53,196 nt of DNA from a virus (lineage: Duplodnaviria; Caudoviricetes), in IMG/VR virus record IMGVR_UViG_3300036985_003763, positions 1-53,196 of that record. The stretch is one strand, 5' to 3'. This document shows positions 9,185 through 19,528 of the stretch, piece by piece; within the stretch, counting starts at the first letter, position 1, and each line of letters begins with the position of its first letter. The notes beneath the pieces were generated by a model. It saw only the letters and a list, made by a program, of their open reading frames with translations. It did no database searches and was not told the origin of the DNA. The position numbers and the translations under genes are program-made.

Positions 9185-12100
9185 TATTTACGACCTCTCG
9201 TAGTTTTCTTAATATACTCCAAAGGGTGTTTAGCCTTAGAAGGGATTTTGTTAATAGGTGCTGCGCGATTATCTTTACGGATTGCTTCACGCATTTGATC
9301 TAGTGCTGCAGCCCCTGCTTTGGTAGAACCGTTACCTAAGGCCGCCACAACGTCGGCATCGATAACATACTCACCATCACTTAATTGTGCGGCAATCAAA
9401 TCTTCTTGACCGTGACCGTCCCCATTGATATGCCCGTTCATACGTGGGCGCTCAGGTGGTGGTATTTTACCGCCTCGAGCATACGAGAACTCAGTGCCTG
9501 GTATGGTGTTCCTAGCTGATGCCCATGCTGCACCACCGTTAGCAAACGCTTGGGTAGTTGCAGTAGTTGGCGTTGTTGTTGCCGCTGGAGGTACGTAGTT
9601 CCATGGCATGAAGCCTAGGGTAGCTGGTGTTGCCGCAGGGGTTGTTGCTGGTGTAGTTGCTGGAGTAGTTGTTGCAGCAGGAGGGATGTACTGAGTACCT
9701 CGCGCTACGTTCTCTGCAAACGTACCTGTTGAAGGTGTTGGTGTAGCTGGTGTTGTAGGTGTTAGACCTGTCCAAGTATCTTTCGGTTGGTTAGCACCAG
9801 TAATAGATGGGTCATAAATACCGCCTGGGATGTCTACCAATGGATTGCTAATATTAAAGAACTGATGCTCACCACCTGCACCTGGGCGACCGTAACGAGC
9901 AAAGTCACCAGTATATAGGTTTTGAGAACGCGGTATTGCTGCGGCTGCGTTACCTTCAGTAGTTGTACCAGTACCTGTAGAGGTTGGTGTTTCGGCAGGC
10001 ATTTCATAACCTGTAGGAACGCCTAATGCTGACTTACCATCTGCATACAAGGTAGTATACGAACCATCATCATTTTTAGTAACTTTAACAGCGTAGTTTG
10101 TAGGATTGTAACGTTCCATTTGGTAGGTCGTTGTTAAACCTACGTGCGCACCTGTGTAGTTTTTAGCCGCAGCCAATACATTTTCACGACCGCCGTATTT
10201 TGCAAACTCTGATTCTGGGATACTAGCGCCAGTTTGTTCTTTAGCTAATAACTCCCAAGCATTTGCAGGTGTAATAGCTGCATACTCTTTAACACCTGGT
10301 GCGTAGGTAATATTACCTTTAGCATCTTTATAACCAGTTAAACCTGTTTTAGGGTCGGTATATAATGTATAACCTGTAGGCAATACTTGGTTAGATGAGA
10401 TTACTGTAGTGCCTTTTAGGGTGCCAGAGTACACATTGTTTGCTACGGCATTAGCATTCTCAATACCACCAACTGCTTGTATGATTGCCTTGTTATCCGC
10501 TGATAAAGAATTAGGATCTTTAAAATAAGCGGCTGCAGCATTGGCAACGTCGGTTGCTGTGTATGCGCTTTTTGCAGCGGTTCCTGCTTGAGAAGCTGTG
10601 TAAGCACTCTCACCAGCAGAAGCATTTTTAAACTTCTCTACTTCAGAAATGGAGATAACACCATCGAGTAATAATTGGCTGCCCCAATATTTTTTTTCGT
10701 CTTCTGTAGGGTCACGACCTAGGAAAGTTTTATAGAGGGTGCCTACATCTTTAAATGTAGATGATGACGTACCTTGGCTTTGTAATAGAGTTTCGCGTGA
10801 TTTAGCATTCGCTAAAGTTTCAGTGGCTTTAGCAGCCGCATCAGCAGGCAACGCACCGCCATACGAAGCAATTAGCGTCTGTAATTCATCATCCGTCATG
10901 GTAGCTGTAATCTTACCAAGCAAATCAGCACGATTATTTATTGTACTTATACCTGTTGAACGGTCTGAATTTAAGTCGGATAAAAGCGATGTTTTAATAT
11001 TAGCTGGTAAGTTAGCCGCGCCGTATTTTTTAATAACAGCATCAATCTCAGCTGGTGTAGACGCACTGGTAATTTCGGTTAACGCTTGTGTGTAGTTGGC
11101 TTCTTTGACTAAATTTGTTAGTTTTGTAATAGCGTCTTTAGGAAGATTTGCAGTACCTACGGTATTGGCCAAATTTTTAACATTGGTACCTGCTGCAACT
11201 TGGGTAGTTAAAGACTCTAAGTTAAGAGGTTTTACAATCTCGGTTAACTTAGTAACTGCGTCTGATGGGAGTAAAAGACCACTATCTTTTACCAAGGATT
11301 TAACATTTGTCCCAGCCACAACATTATCAGATAAAGAATTTAAGTTAACTGTCTTTGCTGTATTAAGTAATGCTGTACTTGCGCCAGAGGGGAGTGAAGA
11401 GGCTGGTACTGTCCTATATAAGGCAGTAACGGCTGCTTGCGTCATACCAGGCGTAATTTGATCTTTTAGATTTTCTAAGTTTGCTGTTTTTTGCGCTGTA
11501 GTAAGCTTTACTGTGCCACCGGTAGCGTAGTTTTGAACTAACCCACCGTTTGCGTAGTTGTGTATTAACCCACCGTGCATTGCCGCTTTAACTGGTGTTG
11601 TTGGTGCTGCTGGGGGAGGTATGAATGTACCAGTAGCGTCTGTACGCATACGGTCAATAGGCTTGATGTTATTGATTGGGCTGTATAGGTCAACCATTTG
11701 GCCGTTGATTTTAACTGGCTTGTGCAAAATATCGTACATTGCTTTGTACTGTTCAGCCGCTGACTCGCCCGCTGATTTTTCTTTAGCACCGTTAGCTTGT
11801 AAGAACGCAGCAAGGCCACCCGCACCAGCAAGCACTTTTGACCAGTTGTTACCAGCCATCAACCAATCTAGCGCACCGCTTGCAAGGGAGCCTAAATCAA
11901 AAGACCCCGCTGCTTTTTGTACGATATCGGTAACGCTTGTTGGTTTAGCTGTAGCTTCAAACCCAAAGTTGGGGGTATACGTAGCTACAGAGGCATCTGA
12001 ACCGCCTGAACCGCTGTAGTTTGTACCTATTGAAGTATTTGTGGGAGTGTACCCATTTGTAGAACCGCCGTAATCAGCAGGATTACCACCCCAGTCGTTC

Positions 12101-12186
12101 CAGTCAAAGGTGTTATCTGGTAGGGGGTCATAGGACACTGTTTGTCCTGTGTCAGAATCGTAATACGTGTAATCGCTATCAGCCAT
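9184..12186 (-). CDS. Large internal virion protein
   Basis: 1000 aa; repeated (Y/F)AxGG motifs; C-terminal GHGQEDLIAAQLSDGEYVIDADVV segment; Thr/Pro linkers. Confidence 0.65.
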   Translation of the reverse strand: MADSDYTYYDSDTGQTVSYDPLPDNTFDWNDWGGNPADYGGSTNGYTPTNTSIGTNYSGSGGSDASVATYTPNFGFEATAKPTSVTDIVQKAAGSFDLGSLASGALDWLMAGNNWSKVLAGAGGLAAFLQANGAKEKSAGESAAEQYKAMYDILHKPVKINGQMVDLYSPINNIKPIDRMRTDATGTFIPPPAAPTTPVKAAMHGGLIHNYANGGLVQNYATGGTVKLTTAQKTANLENLKDQITPGMTQAAVTALYRTVPASSLPSGASTALLNTAKTVNLNSLSDNVVAGTNVKSLVKDSGLLLPSDAVTKLTEIVKPLNLESLTTQVAAGTNVKNLANTVGTANLPKDAITKLTNLVKEANYTQALTEITSASTPAEIDAVIKKYGAANLPANIKTSLLSDLNSDRSTGISTINNRADLLGKITATMTDDELQTLIASYGGALPADAAAKATETLANAKSRETLLQSQGTSSSTFKDVGTLYKTFLGRDPTEDEKKYWGSQLLLDGVISISEVEKFKNASAGESAYTASQAGTAAKSAYTATDVANAAAAYFKDPNSLSADNKAIIQAVGGIENANAVANNVYSGTLKGTTVISSNQVLPTGYTLYTDPKTGLTGYKDAKGNITYAPGVKEYAAITPANAWELLAKEQTGASIPESEFAKYGGRENVLAAAKNYTGAHVGLTTTYQMERYNPTNYAVKVTKNDDGSYTTLYADGKSALGVPTGYEMPAETPTSTGTGTTTEGNAAAAIPRSQNLYTGDFARYGRPGAGGEHQFFNISNPLVDIPGGIYDPSITGANQPKDTWTGLTPTTPATPTPSTGTFAENVARGTQYIPPAATTTPATTPATTPAATPATLGFMPWNYVPPAATTTPTTATTQAFANGGAAWASARNTIPGTEFSYARGGKIPPPERPRMNGHINGDGHGQEDLIAAQLSDGEYVIDADVVAALGNGSTKAGAAALDQMREAIRKDNRAAPINKIPSKAKHPLEYIKKTTRGRK

Positions 12187-12199
12187 TGCTTTGAATCCT

Positions 12200-13963
12200 T
12201 TATGATCTTACGTCGCCAGCTTCTAAATGCAGAAGCACCTTACCCATTTCGTAATGACCGCCCTGAACATTGGATTCAAACCGCAGACGTATCTCACGTC
12301 TTTGTTCACGCATGTCTATTTTATCTGTATTTGCAGTAAATGTATAGGGGGCACTCGTTGTGTACGTCCCTTGCGCAAATTCATAACCATTTACAGTTAC
12401 TTGCATATTGCCTTCTAATATAAAGTCAGGCTCAATACGCGTCAAGCGAGTCCAACGGTTAACACCTTGTAAAGACTCACCTGTTGCACCACCAGTTGGT
12501 AGGCCAAAATCACTTGTCTCAAAGTATGACGGAATTGCTTCTTGCAAATTACCCGAAATCTTATCATAACCTGTCTCATGAATCCACAAGGTGTAGGTAC
12601 CAGACTCTTCTGGCTCCGTACTTGTCATCACAGGATAGCGGAATACTTGTGAATAGTACCCTGCACTACGGTCTAAAGCGGTATCATACCATGTTTGTGA
12701 ACGTATATTGTAAATCACTGCTTGATTACATTCCGTTGCATCACCTGATGGGTAGAACCACCATACTTCACCAAAGCGAGGCACTTTCATGGCCCATATC
12801 TTTTGTTTCTGATCGTAGTTCAAATTATCAAAGAAGTAGTTCTGATTCATGTCGTTCGGAAGCTCTTTAACTGAGCCATCGAACATCATGAAACGGTCAA
12901 TACCAATCCAAAAGAAAGTACCATCATACTCAATGACGCTGTTAGACGCCAAAATTGACGACTGCGCTGACAAAGTATCAAACTTAAATATAGCATTACC
13001 GCCTACCCAATACATGCGCAACACGGAGTCCAATGACCAGAACATTGCCGCTGGCGCCTGGCCTTGACCACGTATTGGTAGACCTTTAACAATCTTAGCA
13101 CCTGTAACCCGCGCAGCACCAGAATCACCTGAGTAGAAGTTCAACGGCTCGTTAGCGTTTGACCACTTGATGTTACCATCCGCACCATACAAAATAAGGT
13201 AAGGCGCTGTAGCCACCACACCACCGGAGACAGATTGCCCAATGGCTTCTAAAGGTGTGTTTGTAGATATATCACCAATGTACACAGGTGTATTAGTAGC
13301 ATCATCAATGTTAACTAAGTTGTTAGCACGGTGCGCAATGATGATGGTCTTGTTACTGTTGGCTGCCGCATCGTACATACTGTCTATTTGCCATAGCGAC
13401 GTAGGGTTGTCCGCCATGGTTGTGGATGTGTAAGTGCCTGACGTACCTGTTGCAATAGTCGTGCCTGCCGCAGTAAAGGTTAACGCTTCTGCCGCACTGA
13501 ACGTACCTGTTACGTAGCAAAGTGTTAAGGTTAGCGTTGGTGCTGTGCCTGCCACGTTAGCCACAACACCTGTTGCGAGCGAGGTTGTGCCAGTTACTAA
13601 GTAGTTTACCTCAACTGGACCCACGACCTCTGTGATGGCAGTAGTAGTAAGTATGCGTGTTACTGGCGTACGGTTTGTCACCACCGCACCCACACCGTTT
13701 TGGTCTACGTTTGTAACCTGTATGCTGCTTGACGAGAACGTGAAAATACTGTTGAACGACTGCTTACCCCACACGTACACAGCGCGGATAGGGCCAATCA
13801 AGGTTTGCACAATGGCTTTGTAACCACCCATTTTCTTAGGGCGGCCACGCTGGAAGCGCACGTGTTGACCATCGTTAAAGTAGTTAGCGTCTAGACTAGT
13901 ACCGTCGCGTTGAATGCCCGCTTTGGTGCTAAACTGGTAGACATATTTTTCTTCATTCGCCAT
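12200..13963 (-). CDS. Tail tube/stabilization protein (P22 gp10/T7 gp12-like)
   Basis: Beta-rich; FGEVWWFYPS and YNIRSQTWY motifs; likely start MANEEKY overlapping upstream stop. Confidence 0.75.
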   Translation of the reverse strand: MANEEKYVYQFSTKAGIQRDGTSLDANYFNDGQHVRFQRGRPKKMGGYKAIVQTLIGPIRAVYVWGKQSFNSIFTFSSSSIQVTNVDQNGVGAVVTNRTPVTRILTTTAITEVVGPVEVNYLVTGTTSLATGVVANVAGTAPTLTLTLCYVTGTFSAAEALTFTAAGTTIATGTSGTYTSTTMADNPTSLWQIDSMYDAAANSNKTIIIAHRANNLVNIDDATNTPVYIGDISTNTPLEAIGQSVSGGVVATAPYLILYGADGNIKWSNANEPLNFYSGDSGAARVTGAKIVKGLPIRGQGQAPAAMFWSLDSVLRMYWVGGNAIFKFDTLSAQSSILASNSVIEYDGTFFWIGIDRFMMFDGSVKELPNDMNQNYFFDNLNYDQKQKIWAMKVPRFGEVWWFYPSGDATECNQAVIYNIRSQTWYDTALDRSAGYYSQVFRYPVMTSTEPEESGTYTLWIHETGYDKISGNLQEAIPSYFETSDFGLPTGGATGESLQGVNRWTRLTRIEPDFILEGNMQVTVNGYEFAQGTYTTSAPYTFTANTDKIDMREQRREIRLRFESNVQGGHYEMGKVLLHLEAGDVRS

Positions 13964-15924
13964 TATGCAGGTACCCAAACGCCGTTAGTGTATGTGTATT
14001 CTACTCCGCCAGCCATTTTAGTAGCGCCTTCTTTTGCTGGTGTTGTAGTTGATGTAGTTGTTGTAGGCCTTGGTTGTTGAGACCCGCCTGATGACCCAAT
14101 GTCGAACGGTAGTATATTACCGCCTTGCGCTGTACGGGCTAGGGCATTAGCAGTTTGTGATGTGATGAACTTACGCAAGTCTGGGTTCGTTACCACGCCA
14201 CGTAATTGCGCATCAATTGCACTTGAAACCAACGGCATACTGCCACCAGCCAACATCGCGCCCCACACATTACCACCGTTCACGCCTGCATTAACGCCAC
14301 TGATACCCGCGTTCACCGCAGTGTTCGACAACATTTGAGCAAAGTTGGAAGGCGTCATGTTAAATTTAGCAGCCATGTCCGCAAGCTCGGTCGGGAAGTT
14401 GTTCATTAACGATTCGCCTAGGCTGTTCGTAATTTGACCAGTTAGACCTGTTGCACCAGCCATACCGGTGATACCACCAACAATATTGCCTTCAGAGAAT
14501 GAGTTCAGTGCACTTAACACGCGAGCAGTCGTACCAATTGGGCCAGGTATGAACGACGCTATTTGCGCAATCTTGCCCAACGTACCACCTAGGAAGCCTG
14601 AGTCTTTCTCAAGCGCACCCTTATAAACCTTACCTGCGTCGTAGCCCAAGTCTTCAGGGTTTACACCCGCATTGACAGCCTGGTTGTAGCGAGTTAACGC
14701 TGCGTTTGGTGCGTAGGAGTAGCCTTTAGGTACTGCTAACTTCTGTGACTTGAACAGGTCGTAGTAGCTACCACCGGATTTATCAATTTGATCTTGCGTG
14801 TACTTAGTTGGGTCTAACCATGGTTTTAGTAAGTCAGATTGCGCATTGTATGCACTGGCTGCGGCAGATATCTGTTCAGGCGTGGCATTTAGCGCAGTAA
14901 CGCCAGACGGTAAGAAGTCTTCCCAGCCTGTGTATTTGTAAGCATTGGCTTTCATGCCAGATGTCTTGTAGCTGCCCAATTGCTCAGGGCGCCCATGAAG
15001 TGCGAAGTACTCAGCGCTAAGTGCTGGGTTCTCACCTAACTGGGCATTGAGATTGTCAAAATACGTGTTACCGTCTGCGTCTTTCTTACCTTTAAGACCT
15101 GACCACTTTTGAACACCGGTGGTTACGTCTTTACCCCATGGGGAGGCTGTGACGTCTTGCCAGTTAGCACTGACAGGATCGTAATATTGGTTCAACGCAC
15201 GTTGCAACTGCGTGTCTTTGGATATGATGTCGTCTACGTCAACGTTGTACTTTTCCGCAATTTGTTGCAGTATCTTTTGCTCATCGGTACCGCCATAAGC
15301 TTCCAATGGGGACAAGCCCATGACACCGATGTCAGGTAGGCCATACTTCTTACCTTTTTCGTTTGTAAGACCCGCATTATTTAGCAACGCAACATCTAAG
15401 TTTGTGTTGTTAAGCGACGTGGTGCCGCCCATGATGTTGGAGGAGTACAACTTGCTGTTAATCTTTTTACGGGCTTCGTCAATAATCTGATTCCAACCCT
15501 CATCCGCAAAGGCAATTGGGCTGCCTACTGCACCTTTCTTGTTTGGGTCAACGTATAGCGGAGCAGATCCGTCTGTTGGGTTAGGGCCGTATACGCCGCC
15601 TATCCCACCCATACCACCAATACCATTACTAGTAGCTGCGGCTGAGCCGTATCCTATGAAAGGGCCACCTAAGGTATTACCTGAACGAGCCCCGTACATC
15701 GTACTAAGCACTTTGTTGTAGTCCACGCCGCCACGGTAAGTGAACGGTGAGTAGTCCATAGTGTTAGGAATCGTGCGGTCTAACGTTGTCCACGCACTTA
15801 TTTTGGTAGGGTTGGTTACTGTAGGCGTTGCGGTATCTGCAGTAGTAGTGCTCGCAGAAGTATCTGCTTCAACAGTGTCTACTGGGACGTTAATACCTTG
15901 TGCATTTCTAACGAATACTGTCAT
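13963..15924 (-). CDS. Hypothetical virion-associated protein
   Basis: 653-aa ORF tightly packed in the late operon; Gly-rich C-terminal helices. Confidence 0.65.
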   Translation of the reverse strand: MTVFVRNAQGINVPVDTVEADTSASTTTADTATPTVTNPTKISAWTTLDRTIPNTMDYSPFTYRGGVDYNKVLSTMYGARSGNTLGGPFIGYGSAAATSNGIGGMGGIGGVYGPNPTDGSAPLYVDPNKKGAVGSPIAFADEGWNQIIDEARKKINSKLYSSNIMGGTTSLNNTNLDVALLNNAGLTNEKGKKYGLPDIGVMGLSPLEAYGGTDEQKILQQIAEKYNVDVDDIISKDTQLQRALNQYYDPVSANWQDVTASPWGKDVTTGVQKWSGLKGKKDADGNTYFDNLNAQLGENPALSAEYFALHGRPEQLGSYKTSGMKANAYKYTGWEDFLPSGVTALNATPEQISAAASAYNAQSDLLKPWLDPTKYTQDQIDKSGGSYYDLFKSQKLAVPKGYSYAPNAALTRYNQAVNAGVNPEDLGYDAGKVYKGALEKDSGFLGGTLGKIAQIASFIPGPIGTTARVLSALNSFSEGNIVGGITGMAGATGLTGQITNSLGESLMNNFPTELADMAAKFNMTPSNFAQMLSNTAVNAGISGVNAGVNGGNVWGAMLAGGSMPLVSSAIDAQLRGVVTNPDLRKFITSQTANALARTAQGGNILPFDIGSSGGSQQPRPTTTTSTTTPAKEGATKMAGGVEYTYTNGVWVPA

Positions 15925-15925
15925 A

Positions 15926-17170
15926 TTATTGTGTTAAATCGTAAAAGGAGAGTGACGCTACTGCATCACCAGTTGTTGATCCTGACACCGTTCTAATTTG
16001 AATAGTATAGACATCGCTTACACCTGCTAATGAAGCCCCTATTTGTAAATCCCAGTTGTAGCCTGTTGGCGCTACTAAATTACCCACACCGCCACTACCG
16101 CTTGTTGTTACATAATCCGTTTGCACAATCGTACCGCCTGTTATTGCTGTGGCGGCTACGTCAAATTCTACAATATTATCTGTTGGTACTGTAGACCATG
16201 AAGCGCCTGTTAACGTAGCGTTCTTAACTAGCGCTACTTCGTAGTTTTGATTTGTTGTTGGCAACACTTGCAATCTGTTTGGTAAGACTACCGCACCTAA
16301 AGCAGTTGACTTGAGACGGATAGATACTAAAGGTAAAAAGGTTGTGCCAATTGTACCTAAAAGAGTTGTGCGGCGAGCAACGTGATCAACTGATGATTGC
16401 TCGTAGCCACCTTCGGAGATGACGGTAGAACATGTCTGCTTTAATGATGAGCTTGAGGCGGTTGCGCCTGTGTTAGTAATTTCAAGACGTAGCGGTAAAA
16501 TGGCTGTCGTCATGTAGACAGTCGTTAGAATGTTAGCGGTGTAGAAAACATTGCACACAATGAATTGACCGTTGATAATGAAGCCACAACGTACGTTACC
16601 CATACCTAACCATTCAAAGTCCATCCACATAATTTGATCTTTAGTCAAATCAAGTGTAAGACCGCTTGGACCTGCGCCGTTTAGTTTATCCACGTTCCAC
16701 GCACTTTGCGCTGCGAACCGTGCGTCGCTTACGGAACCACTGGTTGATGTGCGCAATACAAAGCGAGGCTCAGTAGTACCATTAAGCTCTAGGAAGACGC
16801 CGTTGGCAGTACCAAAGTAACCTACGCGTTGACGTAAGTTTGCCTTAGGTGCGTTCATGACAAACGTAGACATTACCAGTAAACTTTTGCCTGGTTGATA
16901 CGCAAATGAGCGGAAAGTCTGGCGCACAACTTCTGAGCCGCTGGCAGCGGTAACATCTAAGCTTACAGATGACTCGTTGGGAAGGTAAGTAGTTGCACCG
17001 CCTGAAGCAGTACTGGTGTCGAACTGATTGTCAATACCGTAGCGGTTTTGACTGTCGAACATGGTGTATGGATTGCCTACGCGTAGACGACCAAAAGCAT
17101 CAAGGCTAGTATTAGTAACACTGTTGCTAAATGTAATCTGTCCTGGCACGTAACTCATATTAAAATCCAT
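15926..17170 (-). CDS. Conserved phage structural protein (DAFGRLRV type)
   Basis: Beta-rich; DAFGRLRVGNP, YQPGKS and EWLGMG motifs recalled from many phage virion proteins. Confidence 0.65.
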   Translation of the reverse strand: MDFNMSYVPGQITFSNSVTNTSLDAFGRLRVGNPYTMFDSQNRYGIDNQFDTSTASGGATTYLPNESSVSLDVTAASGSEVVRQTFRSFAYQPGKSLLVMSTFVMNAPKANLRQRVGYFGTANGVFLELNGTTEPRFVLRTSTSGSVSDARFAAQSAWNVDKLNGAGPSGLTLDLTKDQIMWMDFEWLGMGNVRCGFIINGQFIVCNVFYTANILTTVYMTTAILPLRLEITNTGATASSSSLKQTCSTVISEGGYEQSSVDHVARRTTLLGTIGTTFLPLVSIRLKSTALGAVVLPNRLQVLPTTNQNYEVALVKNATLTGASWSTVPTDNIVEFDVAATAITGGTIVQTDYVTTSGSGGVGNLVAPTGYNWDLQIGASLAGVSDVYTIQIRTVSGSTTGDAVASLSFYDLTQ

Positions 17171-17529
17171 CCTCCGGCAATAGCCTTAAATCTGAGGGCA
17201 GTCCATTGCTCGTAGACTATCACAGAAGTATCACCCACCAGAGTGTCCGTGCCTGTGGGTAGTATTATAATATAATTTCCGTTAAACAGCTTAATTACTT
17301 CAACCTCGTTGCCGTTTTTTGCGGGTGGCAGCGTGACTGTACAAATACCGTTGCACAGTATGTAGTCGTCGTCTTCTGTGACAATGTAAGTGCTGTTAGT
17401 TGGGTATACCTGTTTAGCAATAGCCTGCAAGCCATTGAGCGTATCGTGATTAGGGATACGGTCTGATGAATGGTAATGAAGCGGACAGTCCGCTCCATTT
17501 AACATTAAGGCTTCTTGTTGGGGTAACAT
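17155..17529 (-). CDS. Small tail-fibre-like beta protein
   Basis: TVTLPPA...GTDTLVG motif typical of tail-fibre modules. Confidence 0.55.
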   Translation of the reverse strand: MLPQQEALMLNGADCPLHYHSSDRIPNHDTLNGLQAIAKQVYPTNSTYIVTEDDDYILCNGICTVTLPPAKNGNEVEVIKLFNGNYIIILPTGTDTLVGDTSVIVYEQWTALRFKAIAGGWILI

Positions 17530-18026
17530 TAAGTTTCTTTTCTAAATAAAGCCGCTTCGTCTTTACGGCGATTGTCTAGCCCTTTTAGGACTTTACCACC
17601 CGCTTTATTATACTTGAGAAGGCTCGTAATAGCACCCTCTTTATCCCCGCGCAAAAGCGCCTGACGGAGGGTTGACCGCTGAAATGTACCAAGACCAAGA
17701 TTAAAGCAGAAGCTAAGAATAGCATCGTATTCATTCTGTGAAAGTCGTATAGGTAGGAAACGTTCAAGCCCTCTTTCAAATCGGGCGACATCCTTAGCCA
17801 GTAATTTGTCAACTTCTTCCTCACTCCATTTACGGTTGTCTTCAGGTTTTAGTGGCCAAGCTTTACGCCTAGCCATGCCTTCTATGCTTGAGGGTATCTT
17901 TGCTTGCTCTGGGTACATCACGCTACCCACACCAATTGTCCAAAGCCTTGCGGGGCATTGGTACGGTTTGTATCGGCAACCTTCATGATGATGCAACATT
18001 TTAAATAATTCTTTACTTGCTTTCAT
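17529..18026 (-). CDS. Endolysin, GH24 phage lysozyme
   Basis: HEG...PYQCPARLWTIGVG, FNLG and GLDNRRKDEA motifs; likely start MKASKE. Confidence 0.92.
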   Translation of the reverse strand: MKASKELFKMLHHHEGCRYKPYQCPARLWTIGVGSVMYPEQAKIPSSIEGMARRKAWPLKPEDNRKWSEEEVDKLLAKDVARFERGLERFLPIRLSQNEYDAILSFCFNLGLGTFQRSTLRQALLRGDKEGAITSLLKYNKAGGKVLKGLDNRRKDEAALFRKET

Positions 18027-18558
18027 TTTTTTTACACCTATCAAAATGCCATAAATGCATTGAGCCAGCGCCACCTTGTTTGTTGCAATGAGGACAAGTT
18101 ACTAGTGGTCGTTTTTTACCAACAGCATATAAGTGTGGTTTGCCTTTGGCTGCTATTGATAATTTTGCTTTATGCTCTTCACTAAAGGTTATATTTTTAC
18201 CGTACATTGGATTTTTATTTCCAAGTTTAGCTTTAGATATATTTTCGCAATATTCTTTACTTCTTATTTTACCTTTTGGACTAGGTGGTATTCCACCACC
18301 TTTAGCTATATTCCATCCAATATTTGCAGCAGGTCTTAACTCTTCTTCTATAAAACAAGCAAACTCTTTATCTATGTTTGATATAAGAATATCACATACA
18401 ATTAAGTCTTTATACTTTTTAAAGGCATTTTGTAAATGTTGATTTGTTTTACTGCGTTGCCAATGATGCTGCTCAAATCTAAGCGCAGGATTTTTTGAAA
18501 TACCAATATATCCAGTTTTTAAATCTTTATTTATGTTTATATGATAAACGCTATACAT
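18013..18558 (-). CDS. GIY-YIG homing endonuclease with NUMOD3-like repeats
   Basis: SVYHI...GYIGIS; GWNIAKGG; KNPMYGK/SEEHKAKLS; C-terminal CPHC; low GC. Confidence 0.88.
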   Translation of the reverse strand: MYSVYHININKDLKTGYIGISKNPALRFEQHHWQRSKTNQHLQNAFKKYKDLIVCDILISNIDKEFACFIEEELRPAANIGWNIAKGGGIPPSPKGKIRSKEYCENISKAKLGNKNPMYGKNITFSEEHKAKLSIAAKGKPHLYAVGKKRPLVTCPHCNKQGGAGSMHLWHFDRCKKNESK

Positions 18559-19055
18559 TACTTGCCTTCACGATGTTTTTCCCATTGACGTGAACCAAAG
18601 TAGAAGCCAATAATTGAGCTTACAATCGCCATTTCGTCATCAGAAAACACTAAATTCATTGCCGTAGTAAACTCTACACCAGTATAAATAGCCCAAGCAA
18701 GGCCAGCAACATCAACTAGGACTAGCAAGCCAACAAAGGTAAAGGCAATGTATGGACGAACTTTAGCGTTCAAGTCTACAACACCTTGAGAAGCTTTGTC
18801 CATCATCTTCATGTCGTGAGAGTACAACGCCTCACGTTCTTGTGCGTAAGTTTGCACTTCAATTTCGTCTAGCTTGATAGCTTCAATCTTCTCTTGTGAT
18901 GCAAAGCCCGCAGCAGCCATAGCTGCTTCACGTTCTGTTTGCAAACGAGCCATAGCCATTTCATGCTTTTGGTCGCCTTTTTGTTGGAAGAAGCTTAATA
19001 GACTTGGTAGGGCTGATGAGCCGATACCTAATAAACCTGATATGATAGATAACAT
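18558..19055 (-). CDS. Holin-like membrane protein (3TM type)
   Basis: Hydrophobic segments; VRP and IIGFYFGSR motifs; upstream of lysozyme. Confidence 0.7.
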   Translation of the reverse strand: MLSIISGLLGIGSSALPSLLSFFQQKGDQKHEMAMARLQTEREAAMAAAGFASQEKIEAIKLDEIEVQTYAQEREALYSHDMKMMDKASQGVVDLNAKVRPYIAFTFVGLLVLVDVAGLAWAIYTGVEFTTAMNLVFSDDEMAIVSSIIGFYFGSRQWEKHREGK

Positions 19056-19057
19056 AA

Positions 19058-19528
19058 TTAATTTCCTAATGGGTTCGATGTGGCACGTTTGAGTGCTTTA
19101 AGTTGAGATTCAATGCCCTCACGGGTAGCTTTCATTTCTTCACGCACACCCATTAAAGACGCTGCTGTTTCACGAACGTTACCGTTAGTGATGGCCTTAG
19201 CTTCATTGGCTGTACCGATAGCGCTAGACACTTTTTCTTGCATAGACACAAGCTGGTTTGATGTCGTCACCATGCTGTCTTTAACTGTGTTGACTGACTG
19301 TTGTTGTGCAGCCAATTGCACTTTTAGCGCGTTTACTTCAGCTTTTAGTTCAGCATCGTCATAAGGCTTGTTAGCCTCAATCATCTCAGTCGCCGCTATA
19401 ACTCGGTTGTAAGTCGTTATTCCTACGTAGGCTGTCCCACCTATCATTGGCAAGATTATTGAAAGCGTCAGAAATATTGCTTTCGGTGATAAGTTGGAGT
19501 AAGACTCCTTGATTTCCTCTAAGCTCAT
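19058..19528 (-). CDS. Membrane-anchored coiled-coil protein
   Basis: One N-terminal TM segment followed by heptad coiled coil ending NPLGN. Confidence 0.65.
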   Translation of the reverse strand: MSLEEIKESYSNLSPKAIFLTLSIILPMIGGTAYVGITTYNRVIAATEMIEANKPYDDAELKAEVNALKVQLAAQQQSVNTVKDSMVTTSNQLVSMQEKVSSAIGTANEAKAITNGNVRETAASLMGVREEMKATREGIESQLKALKRATSNPLGN

